This document shows positions 18,272-27,178 of a stretch of DNA of 64,000 nucleotides, piece after piece. How positions within the stretch are numbered: the first letter of the stretch is position 1; each line of letters starts with the position of its first letter. The translations under genes and the position numbers were made by a program. The stretch spans positions 17,613 through 81,612 of the forward strand of contig CAWACS010000043.1 in assembly GCA_963780535.1 (NCBI GenBank), written 5' to 3'. The stretch is from an uncultured Verrucomicrobiae bacterium (GTDB lineage Bacteria > Verrucomicrobiota > Verrucomicrobiia > Limisphaerales > UBA11358). The notes below the pieces were generated by a model, which worked only from the letters and a program-made list of their open reading frames with translations, searched no databases and had not been told where the DNA came from.

Positions 18272-21200
18272 TTGGCGCAAAACGCGACAGCGTCGGCGAC
18301 AGGCGATTTGTTCGCTGACATCGCACACTTTCCCGCCGTGCAGTCCCTCATACGGCGATTGGAGCATGGCGGAGTGTTGTCCGGTGCCGGCGTCTGCCAG
18401 GCGGCCCAGCCGTTTCTCGCGGTTCTGCTTCAGGACATTTTCCCGCGACGACCGCTTGTCATTGTCGCGTCGGACCTGAAAATCCAGGAAAGTTTCCAGC
18501 AGGACATTGAAACGTGGCTTTCCGTGGGTCGAAAGACGAGGAGTGAAAGTCGAGGGCAAAAGCCGCCCGGTGAGTCGGGTCCTCGACCCCCGGCCCTCGA
18601 CCCTCGACTGCTGTTTTATCCCGCCTGGGAATCACTGCCGCACGAGGGCAAACTGCCGCACGCCGACACCATCAGCGATCGCCTCCAAACCCTGGTGGCC
18701 TTGTCCGGCAACTTAAACCTTAAAACTCAAAACTCCACACTGCTGGTCACGAGTGTCACCGCCCTGCTCCAGCAAACCTTTCCGCCCGGCGAAATTGATC
18801 AGCGCACCCGCCGGCTGGCACGCGGGGACAAAATCGATCCGCTGGATCTGATCGAATGGCTGGAAGCGCAGGATTACGAACCGGAAGCCCAAGTGACCCA
18901 AAAGGGCGAGATCGCCCTGCGCGGCGGCATTCTGGATGTCTGGCCGCTGACCCGTCCCTGGCCGGCGCGGCTGGAGTTCTTCGGCGATGAATTGGAATCG
19001 CTCCGCCACTTCGACCCGCTCACGCAAATCTCGCGTGAGGAAATTTCACAGATCGCCATTCCACCGGGAGGCGAACTGGGAATATTGAAGTCCAAAATCC
19101 AAGGTCCGGAGTCCAGGGTCAGCGAATTCGCCACCCTTCTGGATTACCTGCCACCGAATACGATCTTTCTGCTCTGCGAACCGGAACAGTTGGCCGCCCG
19201 CGCGGAGGAATACGCGCAGCAAATTCCTCCGGACGATCCGTTTTTCATTTCATGGGTAGAGTTTCTGCGACGACTCACCACCAAAGCAATGGCGGTGGTG
19301 AAACTGGCCGAAACGGGCGATCAAGGTTCGCAATCCGACCCGGCGCCTGCCGAAAATCCAAAATCCGCAATCCACATTCCGCCATTCCAAAGCCTCGATA
19401 TTTACCGTCCCCTGGCCGGGCGTACGCTGGAATTGCCCATTGTCGAGGCTCAGCGCCGCGAATTTTTCAATCACCTCCATCATTGGCTGCGGCAGGGCTA
19501 CGCCGTTCATGTCTTCTGCAACAACGAGAGCGAACGGCAGCGGTTCGGTGAGATTTGGGAAGAATCGGGCCTTGGGTCTGGCGTCCCGGATCCAGGGAAA
19601 GACCCCGCCGGCGCACAACCCCAAGCTCCGGACCCCAGACCCCAGACGCAAATCGGCTCGCTCGCCCGCGGCTTCCTTTGCGACTACGCCAAACTGGTCG
19701 TCGTCACCGACGCGGAAATTTTCGGCCGTTACAAAATCCAGCGACCGCGCCGCCTCAAATCACCGCACGCGCTCGCCACCCGCTCCGCCCTGGACATCGA
19801 TTTCACCGCCTTGGAGGAAGGCGACCTCGTCGTGCACCTCCAATACGGCATTGGCCGTTACCTGGGCCTGAAAACCCTGCCGGCTTCGAGCCGTGTTCCC
19901 GTCTCCCATCTCCCATCTCCCATCACCGAAACAGAATGTTTGGTCATCGAATACGCCCCCGCGAATCCCGGCGATGAACGGCCGAAACTTTATGTGCCGG
20001 TGACCGAGGCGCATCTGGTCGGCAAATATGTCGGGGCCGGCAAGGCGCATCCGCCGTTGAACACGCTGGGAGGCACGCGCTGGCGCAAGGCGAAGGAACA
20101 GGCCGAACGCGCGGTGCGCGATGTCGCCGCCGAACTGCTGCAAATCCAGGCCGTGCGCGAATCCCAACCCGGCCACGCCTGCAAACCCGATGTCCCCTGG
20201 CAACGGGAGTTCGAAGGCGCCTTCATTTTTGAGGAAACACCCGATCAATGGCGCGCAATCCAGGAAACCAAGTCCGACATGGAAAGACCAAAGCCGATGG
20301 ACCGGCTGATCTGCGGCGACGTCGGCTTCGGCAAAACCGAGGTGGCCATCCGGGCGGCGTTCAAGGCCGTGATGGACGGCCGGCAGGTGGCCGTACTGGT
20401 GCCCACGACCGTGCTGGCGCAACAGCATTTCAACACCTTCCGGGAGCGGATGGCGGATTATCCGGTGCGCATCGAATTGCTCTCGCGTTTTCGTTCACGC
20501 CGCCAGCAACAGCGGGTGGTCAAGGACCTGGCTAACGGCGCCGTGGACATCGTCATCGGCACCCACCGGTTGATTCAAAACGACATTACCTTCAAGGATC
20601 TCGGCCTGGTCGTCATTGACGAGGAGCAACGGTTCGGCGTGTTGCACAAGGAAAAATTCAAGCGCCTGCGCACGCTGGTGGATGTGCTGACGCTCAGCGC
20701 CACGCCGATCCCCCGCACACTTTACCTGGCCCTCACCGGCGCGCGCGACATGAGCACCATCCAGACGCCGCCACACGACCGCCTGCCGGTCGAAACCATC
20801 GTCACCCAGTTCGACGAACGCGTCATCCGCGATGCCATCCAGCGTGAACTGAGCCGCGGCGGCCAGGTTTTCTTTCTGCACAACCGGGTGATGACGATTC
20901 AGCTGACGGCCGACCGGCTGAAACGGCTGCTGCCGCGCGCGCGCATCGTCGTTGGCCACGGCCAGATGGATGCGGACGAACTGGAAGAGGTCATGACCAA
21001 GTTCGTCAATGGCGAGGCGGACGTCCTGCTGTCCACCACCATCATCGAGAGCGGCTTGGATATTCCAAACGCGAACACCATCATCATCGATCGCGCCGAC
21101 CGGTTCGGCCTGAGCGATTTGTATCAATTACGCGGGCGCGTCGGGCGGTACAAGCATCAGGCCTACGCGTATCTGCTGTTGCCGCGCCACGTGAGCCTGC

Positions 21201-21844
21201 TCACTGATGTGCGCAAACGCATCAGCGCCATCCGGCAATATTCCACGCTCGGCAGCGGCTTCAAAATCGCGATGCGCGACCTCGAAATCCGCGGCGCGGG
21301 CAATCTGCTCGGCGCGGAACAGAGCGGCCATATCACCGCCGTCGGCTTCGAGTTGTACTGCCAGTTGCTCAAACAGAGCGTTTCGTCGCTCAAGGGTGAA
21401 AAAGTAAAACCCCGCGTCGAAGTCAGTGTAACATTGGATTTCCTGGACCAGTCAGTAGTTCGTCGTCAATCGTCCGCAGCTACCGACTGCGGACCATTGA
21501 CGGCCGGCCTGCCCCACTCCTACGTTACCGGACCGCAGCATCGCATTGAAATCTATCGCAAGCTCGCCCAGGCGACGGACCAGCCGGCCATCGAAGCCTT
21601 GCAAACGGAAGTGCGCGACCGTTTCGGCCCGCCGCCGTCGGCGGTCAAATTGCTGTTGCTCGTGGCTGGACTGAAAATTCTGGCCGGCGAAAAGGCGGTG
21701 ACGGTCATCGAAGTGAAGGACGACAAGTTGATGCTGACGCGCCACGGCGATTTCATCACGCTCGGCGGGAAATTCCCGCGGCTGACCAAAAGGGACGCCC
21801 AGGCGCGGTTGAAGGAAATCAAGCGGCTGTTGCTGGCGATTTAG
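18272..21844 (+). CDS. mfd: transcription-repair coupling factor
   Basis: Helicase motifs [39 protein letters not shown] and RGRVGR. The 1190-aa length includes several repeat-derived inserts. Confidence 0.9.
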   Translation: MAQNATASATGDLFADIAHFPAVQSLIRRLEHGGVLSGAGVCQAAQPFLAVLLQDIFPRRPLVIVASDLKIQESFQQDIETWLSVGRKTRSESRGQKPPGESGPRPPALDPRLLFYPAWESLPHEGKLPHADTISDRLQTLVALSGNLNLKTQNSTLLVTSVTALLQQTFPPGEIDQRTRRLARGDKIDPLDLIEWLEAQDYEPEAQVTQKGEIALRGGILDVWPLTRPWPARLEFFGDELESLRHFDPLTQISREEISQIAIPPGGELGILKSKIQGPESRVSEFATLLDYLPPNTIFLLCEPEQLAARAEEYAQQIPPDDPFFISWVEFLRRLTTKAMAVVKLAETGDQGSQSDPAPAENPKSAIHIPPFQSLDIYRPLAGRTLELPIVEAQRREFFNHLHHWLRQGYAVHVFCNNESERQRFGEIWEESGLGSGVPDPGKDPAGAQPQAPDPRPQTQIGSLARGFLCDYAKLVVVTDAEIFGRYKIQRPRRLKSPHALATRSALDIDFTALEEGDLVVHLQYGIGRYLGLKTLPASSRVPVSHLPSPITETECLVIEYAPANPGDERPKLYVPVTEAHLVGKYVGAGKAHPPLNTLGGTRWRKAKEQAERAVRDVAAELLQIQAVRESQPGHACKPDVPWQREFEGAFIFEETPDQWRAIQETKSDMERPKPMDRLICGDVGFGKTEVAIRAAFKAVMDGRQVAVLVPTTVLAQQHFNTFRERMADYPVRIELLSRFRSRRQQQRVVKDLANGAVDIVIGTHRLIQNDITFKDLGLVVIDEEQRFGVLHKEKFKRLRTLVDVLTLSATPIPRTLYLALTGARDMSTIQTPPHDRLPVETIVTQFDERVIRDAIQRELSRGGQVFFLHNRVMTIQLTADRLKRLLPRARIVVGHGQMDADELEEVMTKFVNGEADVLLSTTIIESGLDIPNANTIIIDRADRFGLSDLYQLRGRVGRYKHQAYAYLLLPRHVSLLTDVRKRISAIRQYSTLGSGFKIAMRDLEIRGAGNLLGAEQSGHITAVGFELYCQLLKQSVSSLKGEKVKPRVEVSVTLDFLDQSVVRRQSSAATDCGPLTAGLPHSYVTGPQHRIEIYRKLAQATDQPAIEALQTEVRDRFGPPPSAVKLLLLVAGLKILAGEKAVTVIEVKDDKLMLTRHGDFITLGGKFPRLTKRDAQARLKEIKRLLLAI
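18536..18612. repeat. inverted 7-nt arrays (GTCGAGG / CCTCGAC) inside mfd
   Basis: gagtgaaaGTCGAGGGcaaaag...CCTCGACccccggcCCTCGACCCTCGACtgc, translated as [23 protein letters not shown]. Confidence 0.7.
19353..19388. repeat. 7-nt array (AAAATCC-type) inside mfd
   Basis: AAAATCC AAAATCC GCAATCC ACATTCC GCCATTCC, translated as [13 protein letters not shown]. Confidence 0.65.
19570..19649. repeat. inverted 7-nt arrays (GGGTCTG / GACCCCA) inside mfd
   Basis: Left arm GGGTCTGGCGTCCCGGA (19574). Right arm TCCGGACCCCAGACCCCAGACGC (19627). Roughly complementary. Confidence 0.65.
19895..19928. repeat. 7-nt array (TCTCCCA)x3 inside mfd
   Basis: ccgTCTCCCATCTCCCATCTCCCATCACC, translated as VSHLPSPIT. 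Confidence 0.75.
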
Positions 21845-22047
21845 GCGGCGAAAAATTCATTTGCCTGATATGGAGGCTAAAATAAGCCTCGTGATTGGAT
21901 TTGTTGCAGAGGAGTTTGCTGGTTTTACAAATCGCCTTTTTTGAGCAACAAGGTTGAAGGCTTTTGGGAAGACCCCTTGCCAGTTGGATCAAAAAGTATT
22001 TTCATCGTGCCTTGATCTTTGTCTGTCTCGCATGAAATCACCGGCAG

Positions 22048-22275
22048 TCAATCATCGTGTAATGCAAATTCCCATGTTATCCCTCCAGCATCTTGAATTG
22101 TGCCCCGCAAATCAGGCTTTTCACCTTTCATTACAAATTGCGGGTCGGGCGGAATGGCTGCGGCAACGGCCATCATAAAACCTCCTCCCGCACGTTGATT
22201 CCCGGCATTCTCTATCTTCGCGATATCTGCTGGGTTGTTTATTTGATATCCTTGAATGATCGAGCCAGCCATCAC
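22048..22275 (-). CDS. small hypothetical protein in an AT-rich gap (possibly a fragment of a degraded gene)
   Basis: 75-aa ORF (MMAGSIIQGYQINNPADIAKIENAGN...ITWEFALHDD). A plausible upstream continuation (...LGTWNVSATVKVGF...) lies in another frame. No family recognised. Confidence 0.25.
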   Translation of the reverse strand: MMAGSIIQGYQINNPADIAKIENAGNQRAGGGFMMAVAAAIPPDPQFVMKGEKPDLRGTIQDAGGITWEFALHDD

Positions 22276-22449
22276 AACTTTTCTCTTCTGGTGGAAGTTG
22301 TATGTCGAAATCCCACCTTAACCGTCGCGGATACGTTCCATGTTCCCAAGAGCCATGTGCATTTGGCTTCATTGTCTTTCCGCTTTTGCTCCGCAGCCGC
22401 ATTTTCTTTATCCAGCCACCTGCGGCCGCGGCTGTTGTAGCCGTTTTGA

Positions 22450-23688
22450 TTAACTGAACTTCAGGAAAATTCCCTTCAAATAGTCCGATTCCTTGAAGGT
22501 CGCCGGATGATCCGGCGCGTGACGCGTGGTTTTCAGTTCCCTGAAGCGCCGACCGGAATCCACGGCCGCCGACCGCACGGCGCTGAAAAATTCCTCCGCA
22601 CTCACGTGCGCGGAGCACGAACCGGCCAGCAGCAGTCCGTCGGGCGTGAGCCGGCGGATGCCGTTCGCCGCCAGCCGGGCATACGCCCGAATTGCCCCGG
22701 CGCGTTCGGCCTCGCGTTTGGCGAGTGACGGCGGATCCAGGACGATCAACCCGTACTTCCGCGCGTCGCCGACCGCGAGCCAGTCAAACGCATCGGCCTG
22801 CACACATTCATGGCGGCAATGGGCGACGGCGGGATCGGCGGCATTCAGGTGGAAATTCCGTTGCGCCGCCGCCAGCGCGTGGGGGCTCAGGTCGAGATCG
22901 GTCACGGACTTCGCGCCGCCACGGGCCGCGTAAAGCGAGAAGCCACCAGAGAAGCTGAACGCGTTCAACACCTCACCTCCGCGTGCGAGTTCGCCGGCCT
23001 CGCGGCGGTTCTCCCGTTGATCGAGGAAAAATCCCGTTTTTTGCCCGCGCAACACGTCCGCCTCGAAGTGGATTCCGTTTTCCAAAAACACCACTGCCTC
23101 CGTCACTGCCGGACCGCACAAGATTTCCCCGTCGTGCCGGCCCCGGCCAAAAGGTTCCGCCGCGCGTTGAATATTCCGGCTCAGGCGCAGGACGATTCGT
23201 TCCGGCTCCAACCGCTCACAAATGAGCGCGGCAATATCGTCGAGCCTCGGCAGCCACGCCGCGGTGTAAAGCTTGAGAACGAAGGTTCGGTCGTATCGGT
23301 CAAGCACCAGGCCGGGCCAGCCATCGCTTTCGCCGTTGATGAGCCGATACCCGGTGGTGCGGGTGTCAAAAAGCCCGTCACGGCGGCGCACGGCGGCGGC
23401 GAGCCGCGCCGTCCACCAGGCGGCGTCCAACGCCTGCGGTTTGCCGGCATGCAACACGCGCACGCGGATGGGCGAATCGGGGTCAAACAGACCGGCAGCC
23501 AGAAATTTGTCCTGGCGGTCATAGATGACGGCGAGTTCACCGGCGGCGCCCTCCCGGTTTTGCTCGCGCACGCTGTCGGCAAAAACCCAGGGATGACCGG
23601 AACGGACATAATTTTCCGCCGCCGCCGTGATGCGGAGCCGCAGACGTGGGAGCTTTTCAGCAACGGATGGAGGATCAGGCGGTTTCAC
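22450..23688 (-). CDS. class I SAM-dependent rRNA methyltransferase, RlmI-like (with PUA-like N-terminus)
   Basis: [13 protein letters not shown]-terminal motif. SAM motif [32 protein letters not shown] motif IV. Confidence 0.8.
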   Translation of the reverse strand: MKPPDPPSVAEKLPRLRLRITAAAENYVRSGHPWVFADSVREQNREGAAGELAVIYDRQDKFLAAGLFDPDSPIRVRVLHAGKPQALDAAWWTARLAAAVRRRDGLFDTRTTGYRLINGESDGWPGLVLDRYDRTFVLKLYTAAWLPRLDDIAALICERLEPERIVLRLSRNIQRAAEPFGRGRHDGEILCGPAVTEAVVFLENGIHFEADVLRGQKTGFFLDQRENRREAGELARGGEVLNAFSFSGGFSLYAARGGAKSVTDLDLSPHALAAAQRNFHLNAADPAVAHCRHECVQADAFDWLAVGDARKYGLIVLDPPSLAKREAERAGAIRAYARLAANGIRRLTPDGLLLAGSCSAHVSAEEFFSAVRSAAVDSGRRFRELKTTRHAPDHPATFKESDYLKGIFLKFS

Positions 23689-23694
23689 GTTTCG

Positions 23695-23785
23695 GTACGG
23701 GTACTTTTTGGTGGGGCGAGGCTGCTGACGGGCCGGCTCGCGAGGACGCTCGCCCCACCAAAAACTGCGAAAGCTACCACTACCC
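23695..23785. repeat. REP-A palindromic intergenic element (short form)
   Basis: TTTTTGGTGGGGCGAGGCTGCTGACGGGCCGGCTCGCGAGGACGCTCGCCCCACCAAAAA with GGTAC.../...CTACC outer arms. Confidence 0.8.
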
Positions 23786-23790
23786 GCGTT

Positions 23791-25464
23791 TCAGCTGATT
23801 TGCAACCACACCGTCTTCAAATAGGCCGGTTCGGCGCGGCTGACGGGGAAATCCGGCGGCTGCGGAAAATAATGCTGCTGTAAAATTTCCCGTCGCGCGT
23901 GAAGGACGGCGGTTTCGACCTCGGCGAGAAACGCCTCCGGCGGCCAGTCGGTGGCATTGGTCGAGGCCAACAGGATTCCGCCCGGCTTTACCAGCGGCAG
24001 CGCCGCGGTCACAAGTTTTGCATAATCCTTCTCCACCCGGAACACACCGCTTTCCTTCGACTGCGAAAATGTCGGCGGATCGAGCAGCACGGTGTCGAAC
24101 CGGCGGCCCTTTTTCGCCAGCCGTCGCAGCCAGTCGAATGCATCGCCGTAAATGAACTCGTGCGCCGCTGGGTCCAGCCCGTTCACCGTGAAGTTGCGCC
24201 GGCCCCATTCGAGGTATTTCCTCGAGAGATCAAGGCTCGTCGTCCGGGCGCCCGCCCGCGCCGCACAGACGGAAAAACCGCAGGTGTAGGCGAATACGTT
24301 CAGAAGTTCGGAGTTCGGAGTTCGGAGTTCGGAGTTCGAAAAATCCGCGGCGATGTAACCGGTCAAAATTCGGCGGCGGTTGTCGCGCTGGTCCAAAAAC
24401 AAACCCATGGAATAACCTTCGTTGAAACTCAACTCAAAGCGGACGCCATTTTCCATGATCTCGAACCGCTCCGGCGCGGCCTCCCCCAGCACCCGTTGTG
24501 GCGACGCCTCCGCCGTCGTCGTGCGCCGAACCTGTTGCGACAGGATTTTGTGATACGCGCCGCGCGCGGCAAACGTTTTCAGCAGTCGCGCCAGCCCGTC
24601 GCGCTGGTCCACCCGCAACGGTTGCCCGGATTGCGAGAGCAGAAAATCGCCCAATCGCTCTACATACCATCCCGGCCAGCCGTCGCTCGCGCCGTGAATC
24701 GCGCGGAAGGCATTCGTCGCTTCCGGCTCGATCACCGCGGCCCGCAACGCGCAGGAGCCGACGTGAGGAGGCCCTGACTTTTCTGTTTTGTTTTTGAGAC
24801 TCGTCACCTCGTCTCCTGCAAAGTCAGCCGGCGCGCCAAATGTCACCGGCTTGCCGGTGGTCGGATGGGTGAAGAAAATTTCCGCCGCGTGCAGAAAGAC
24901 GCGCGACGACGTCGTGCCGCCATAGAGCGTGTCGCCGAGAACGGGAAATCCACTCTCCGCGGCGTGAACGCGGATCTGGTGCGTGCGTCCGGTAAGCGGC
25001 TCGGCCTCAATCACGTTGCAGCGGCGGTCACAGACCGCCGATACAGTAAAACGCGTTTCCGCGATTTCCGCACCCGTATGCGGCGGCCGGCTCACATACC
25101 TGTCACCGGCCCGAACCAGCGCGGTCTTGACCGTGAATTCCCCTTCTGGCACTTCGCGGTCGGTGAGCAGGAGATATTTCTTGCGGACACGCCGTTGCGT
25201 GAATTGTTCGGTCAGCGAACGGTTGGCGGCGGGGGTTTTGCCAAACACGAGCACGCCGCTCGTTTCCTTGTCCAGCCGGTGCAAAATCGCCAGCGCCGAC
25301 CAGCGCGGCTCGCGGTGGCGCAGCCAGTCGTAGATGCCCTCGCCCGCGTAGGGGCCGGGCGCATGCGTGTTCCAGCCGGCAGGCTTGTGGACCACCAGCA
25401 GATGCTCATCCTCAAAAATCACGCACGGCGCCATGCCCAGATGAAAGCATTTTCCCCCGCCCAA
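23791..25464 (-). CDS. fusion protein: RluA-family pseudouridine synthase (N-terminal) plus RlmI/RlmK-type SAM methyltransferase (C-terminal)
   Basis: N-terminus: FEDEHLLVVHKPAGWNTH and HRLDKETSGVLVFGKT (catalytic Asp motif). C-terminus: LLNVFAYTCGFSVCAARAGA (motif I) and VLLDPPTFSQSK. ATG 25434 is an alternative start. Confidence 0.75.
   Translation of the reverse strand: MGGGKCFHLGMAPCVIFEDEHLLVVHKPAGWNTHAPGPYAGEGIYDWLRHREPRWSALAILHRLDKETSGVLVFGKTPAANRSLTEQFTQRRVRKKYLLLTDREVPEGEFTVKTALVRAGDRYVSRPPHTGAEIAETRFTVSAVCDRRCNVIEAEPLTGRTHQIRVHAAESGFPVLGDTLYGGTTSSRVFLHAAEIFFTHPTTGKPVTFGAPADFAGDEVTSLKNKTEKSGPPHVGSCALRAAVIEPEATNAFRAIHGASDGWPGWYVERLGDFLLSQSGQPLRVDQRDGLARLLKTFAARGAYHKILSQQVRRTTTAEASPQRVLGEAAPERFEIMENGVRFELSFNEGYSMGLFLDQRDNRRRILTGYIAADFSNSELRTPNSELLNVFAYTCGFSVCAARAGARTTSLDLSRKYLEWGRRNFTVNGLDPAAHEFIYGDAFDWLRRLAKKGRRFDTVLLDPPTFSQSKESGVFRVEKDYAKLVTAALPLVKPGGILLASTNATDWPPEAFLAEVETAVLHARREILQQHYFPQPPDFPVSRAEPAYLKTVWLQIS
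24303..24340. repeat. 7-nt array (GGAGTTC)x5 inside the methyltransferase domain
   Basis: GAAGTTC GGAGTTC GGAGTTC GGAGTTC GGAGTTC. On the mRNA (minus) strand it reads (GAACTCC)n, translated as [11 protein letters not shown], directly before SAM motif I. Confidence 0.85.
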
Positions 25465-25522
25465 ATGAAAGCGTGGAATCAGGAACGCGCACAGTCATGG
25501 AATCGCCGTGCGCCGGTCCGGC

Positions 25523-27178
25523 TCACTTTGTTGAATTTGTTTTGGAGGAGTTCGAAGGGTTGCGGCAATAGTTGATGCCCAGTTGATCGAAGCGGTCGTA
25601 TTCGACCTGGAGGCGGCGCGTGAAATCATTCCAGTCGCGTGACGACCTGGGCGACCACGTGACTTCGGCAAGGGCGCACGCCCGCGGGAACAGCATGTAT
25701 TCGGCCTGCAACAGCGAAGGAATGTATTCCGTCCACAGGTTGCCCTGTGCACCAAGAATGTGTCGTTGGTATTGCGGCGCCAGCTTGGCGGGGATTGGCT
25801 CGAATGAATAAACCCGGTCCAGCGGCAGAAAGCCGCCGTTGGCGCGCGGCTCAGTGGAACGGTCCACCGATTGGTAATGGTCAAGGTAACAATAATCCGT
25901 CGGCGTCATCACCACGTCGTGACCGGCGCTCGCGGCTTCCACCGCGCCGCCAATCCAATCCATGACGACCGCGTTCTGCGCGAGGCCGCCTTGGCGGATT
26001 TCACTCCAGCCGATCAGCGTGCGTCCATGGGCGTTGATGAATTTTTCCATGCGCCGGATAAAGTAACCCTCCAGTTCGCTTTCGTTCCCAAGTCCTTCCC
26101 GCCGGATGACCGCCTGGTCCTTCGGACAACGCCGCCACTCATCCGTCGGCACCTCGTCGCCGCCGATGTGGATGTATTTGCCGGGAAAAAGCCGGAAAAC
26201 CTCCGCAAGCACGTTTTGAAGGAATACATAGGTTTCCTCATTACCCGTGCAATAAATGCCGGGAAAGACACCGCCCTTCAATTCGGGAGTGAACGGTTCG
26301 CCGGTGCAGCTGAATTGCGGATACGCCGCCAGCGCCGCTGATGAATGGCCGGGCATTTCAATCTCCGGCACGATGGTGATGTGCCGGGCGGCGGCGTATG
26401 CCACGACCTCGCGGATGTCATCCTGCGTGTAAAATCCGCCGTAGCGGCCATCCGGGCCGTAAGCCGTCGTGGATTTCGGGTCGAGATCAAAACCAACGCC
26501 CGGGCGCCACGCGCCAATTTGGGTGAGCCTGGGATATTTTTTGATTTCGATGCGCCAGCCCTGATCGTCCGTGAGATGCCAGTGAAATGTGTTCATTTTG
26601 AGCAATGCCATTGCGTCAAGAATTTTTTCAACTTCTGACTTGTTGTAAAAATGACGGCTGACATCGAGCATCAAACCGCGCCAGGGGAACCGCGGCCGGT
26701 CTTCAATCTGAACACACGGCATTTGCCAGCTCGGGTGGGCGGCCAGTTGCGTTGAAAAAACCTCCGGCGGCAGCAATTGCAACAGCGTCTGCACACCGTA
26801 GAACAAACCCGCCGGCGCGGGCGCGCGAATGACGACGGCATTCGAGGCGACGGTGAGTTCGTACCCTTCCGCGCCCAGATTCGTGCCGGCGGACCGGGTT
26901 GTCAACAGGATGCCGTCCAAGACCGCCGTGCCGGAGAAAAAACTCGTGCTGACCTTCAGCGGATAACCCGTGGACCGGCGAAGAGTGGCGGCCAGCTGGT
27001 TTGCGGTTTCAAGGGAACCCGGGCTGGCGACAATTTTCGTGTCCGGCGCGAGTTTGAACACGCCCGCTCGCAGTTCAAGCGTTTGAGGTTGCGGAATGAT
27101 GGCGGGCGGGCTGGGGGCCTCCGCAAAAACCGTTGCGCCCAGCGATAGAAAAATGGATCCGGCAATTATGAATTTCAT
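25523..27178 (-). CDS. beta-N-acetylhexosaminidase (GH20), secreted
   Basis: Signal peptide MKFIIAGSIFLSLGATVFA at ATG 27178, which overlaps the upstream stop as ATGA. GH20 motifs HWHLTDDQGWRIE and IHIGGDEV. Confidence 0.85.
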   Translation of the reverse strand: MKFIIAGSIFLSLGATVFAEAPSPPAIIPQPQTLELRAGVFKLAPDTKIVASPGSLETANQLAATLRRSTGYPLKVSTSFFSGTAVLDGILLTTRSAGTNLGAEGYELTVASNAVVIRAPAPAGLFYGVQTLLQLLPPEVFSTQLAAHPSWQMPCVQIEDRPRFPWRGLMLDVSRHFYNKSEVEKILDAMALLKMNTFHWHLTDDQGWRIEIKKYPRLTQIGAWRPGVGFDLDPKSTTAYGPDGRYGGFYTQDDIREVVAYAAARHITIVPEIEMPGHSSAALAAYPQFSCTGEPFTPELKGGVFPGIYCTGNEETYVFLQNVLAEVFRLFPGKYIHIGGDEVPTDEWRRCPKDQAVIRREGLGNESELEGYFIRRMEKFINAHGRTLIGWSEIRQGGLAQNAVVMDWIGGAVEAASAGHDVVMTPTDYCYLDHYQSVDRSTEPRANGGFLPLDRVYSFEPIPAKLAPQYQRHILGAQGNLWTEYIPSLLQAEYMLFPRACALAEVTWSPRSSRDWNDFTRRLQVEYDRFDQLGINYCRNPSNSSKTNSTK

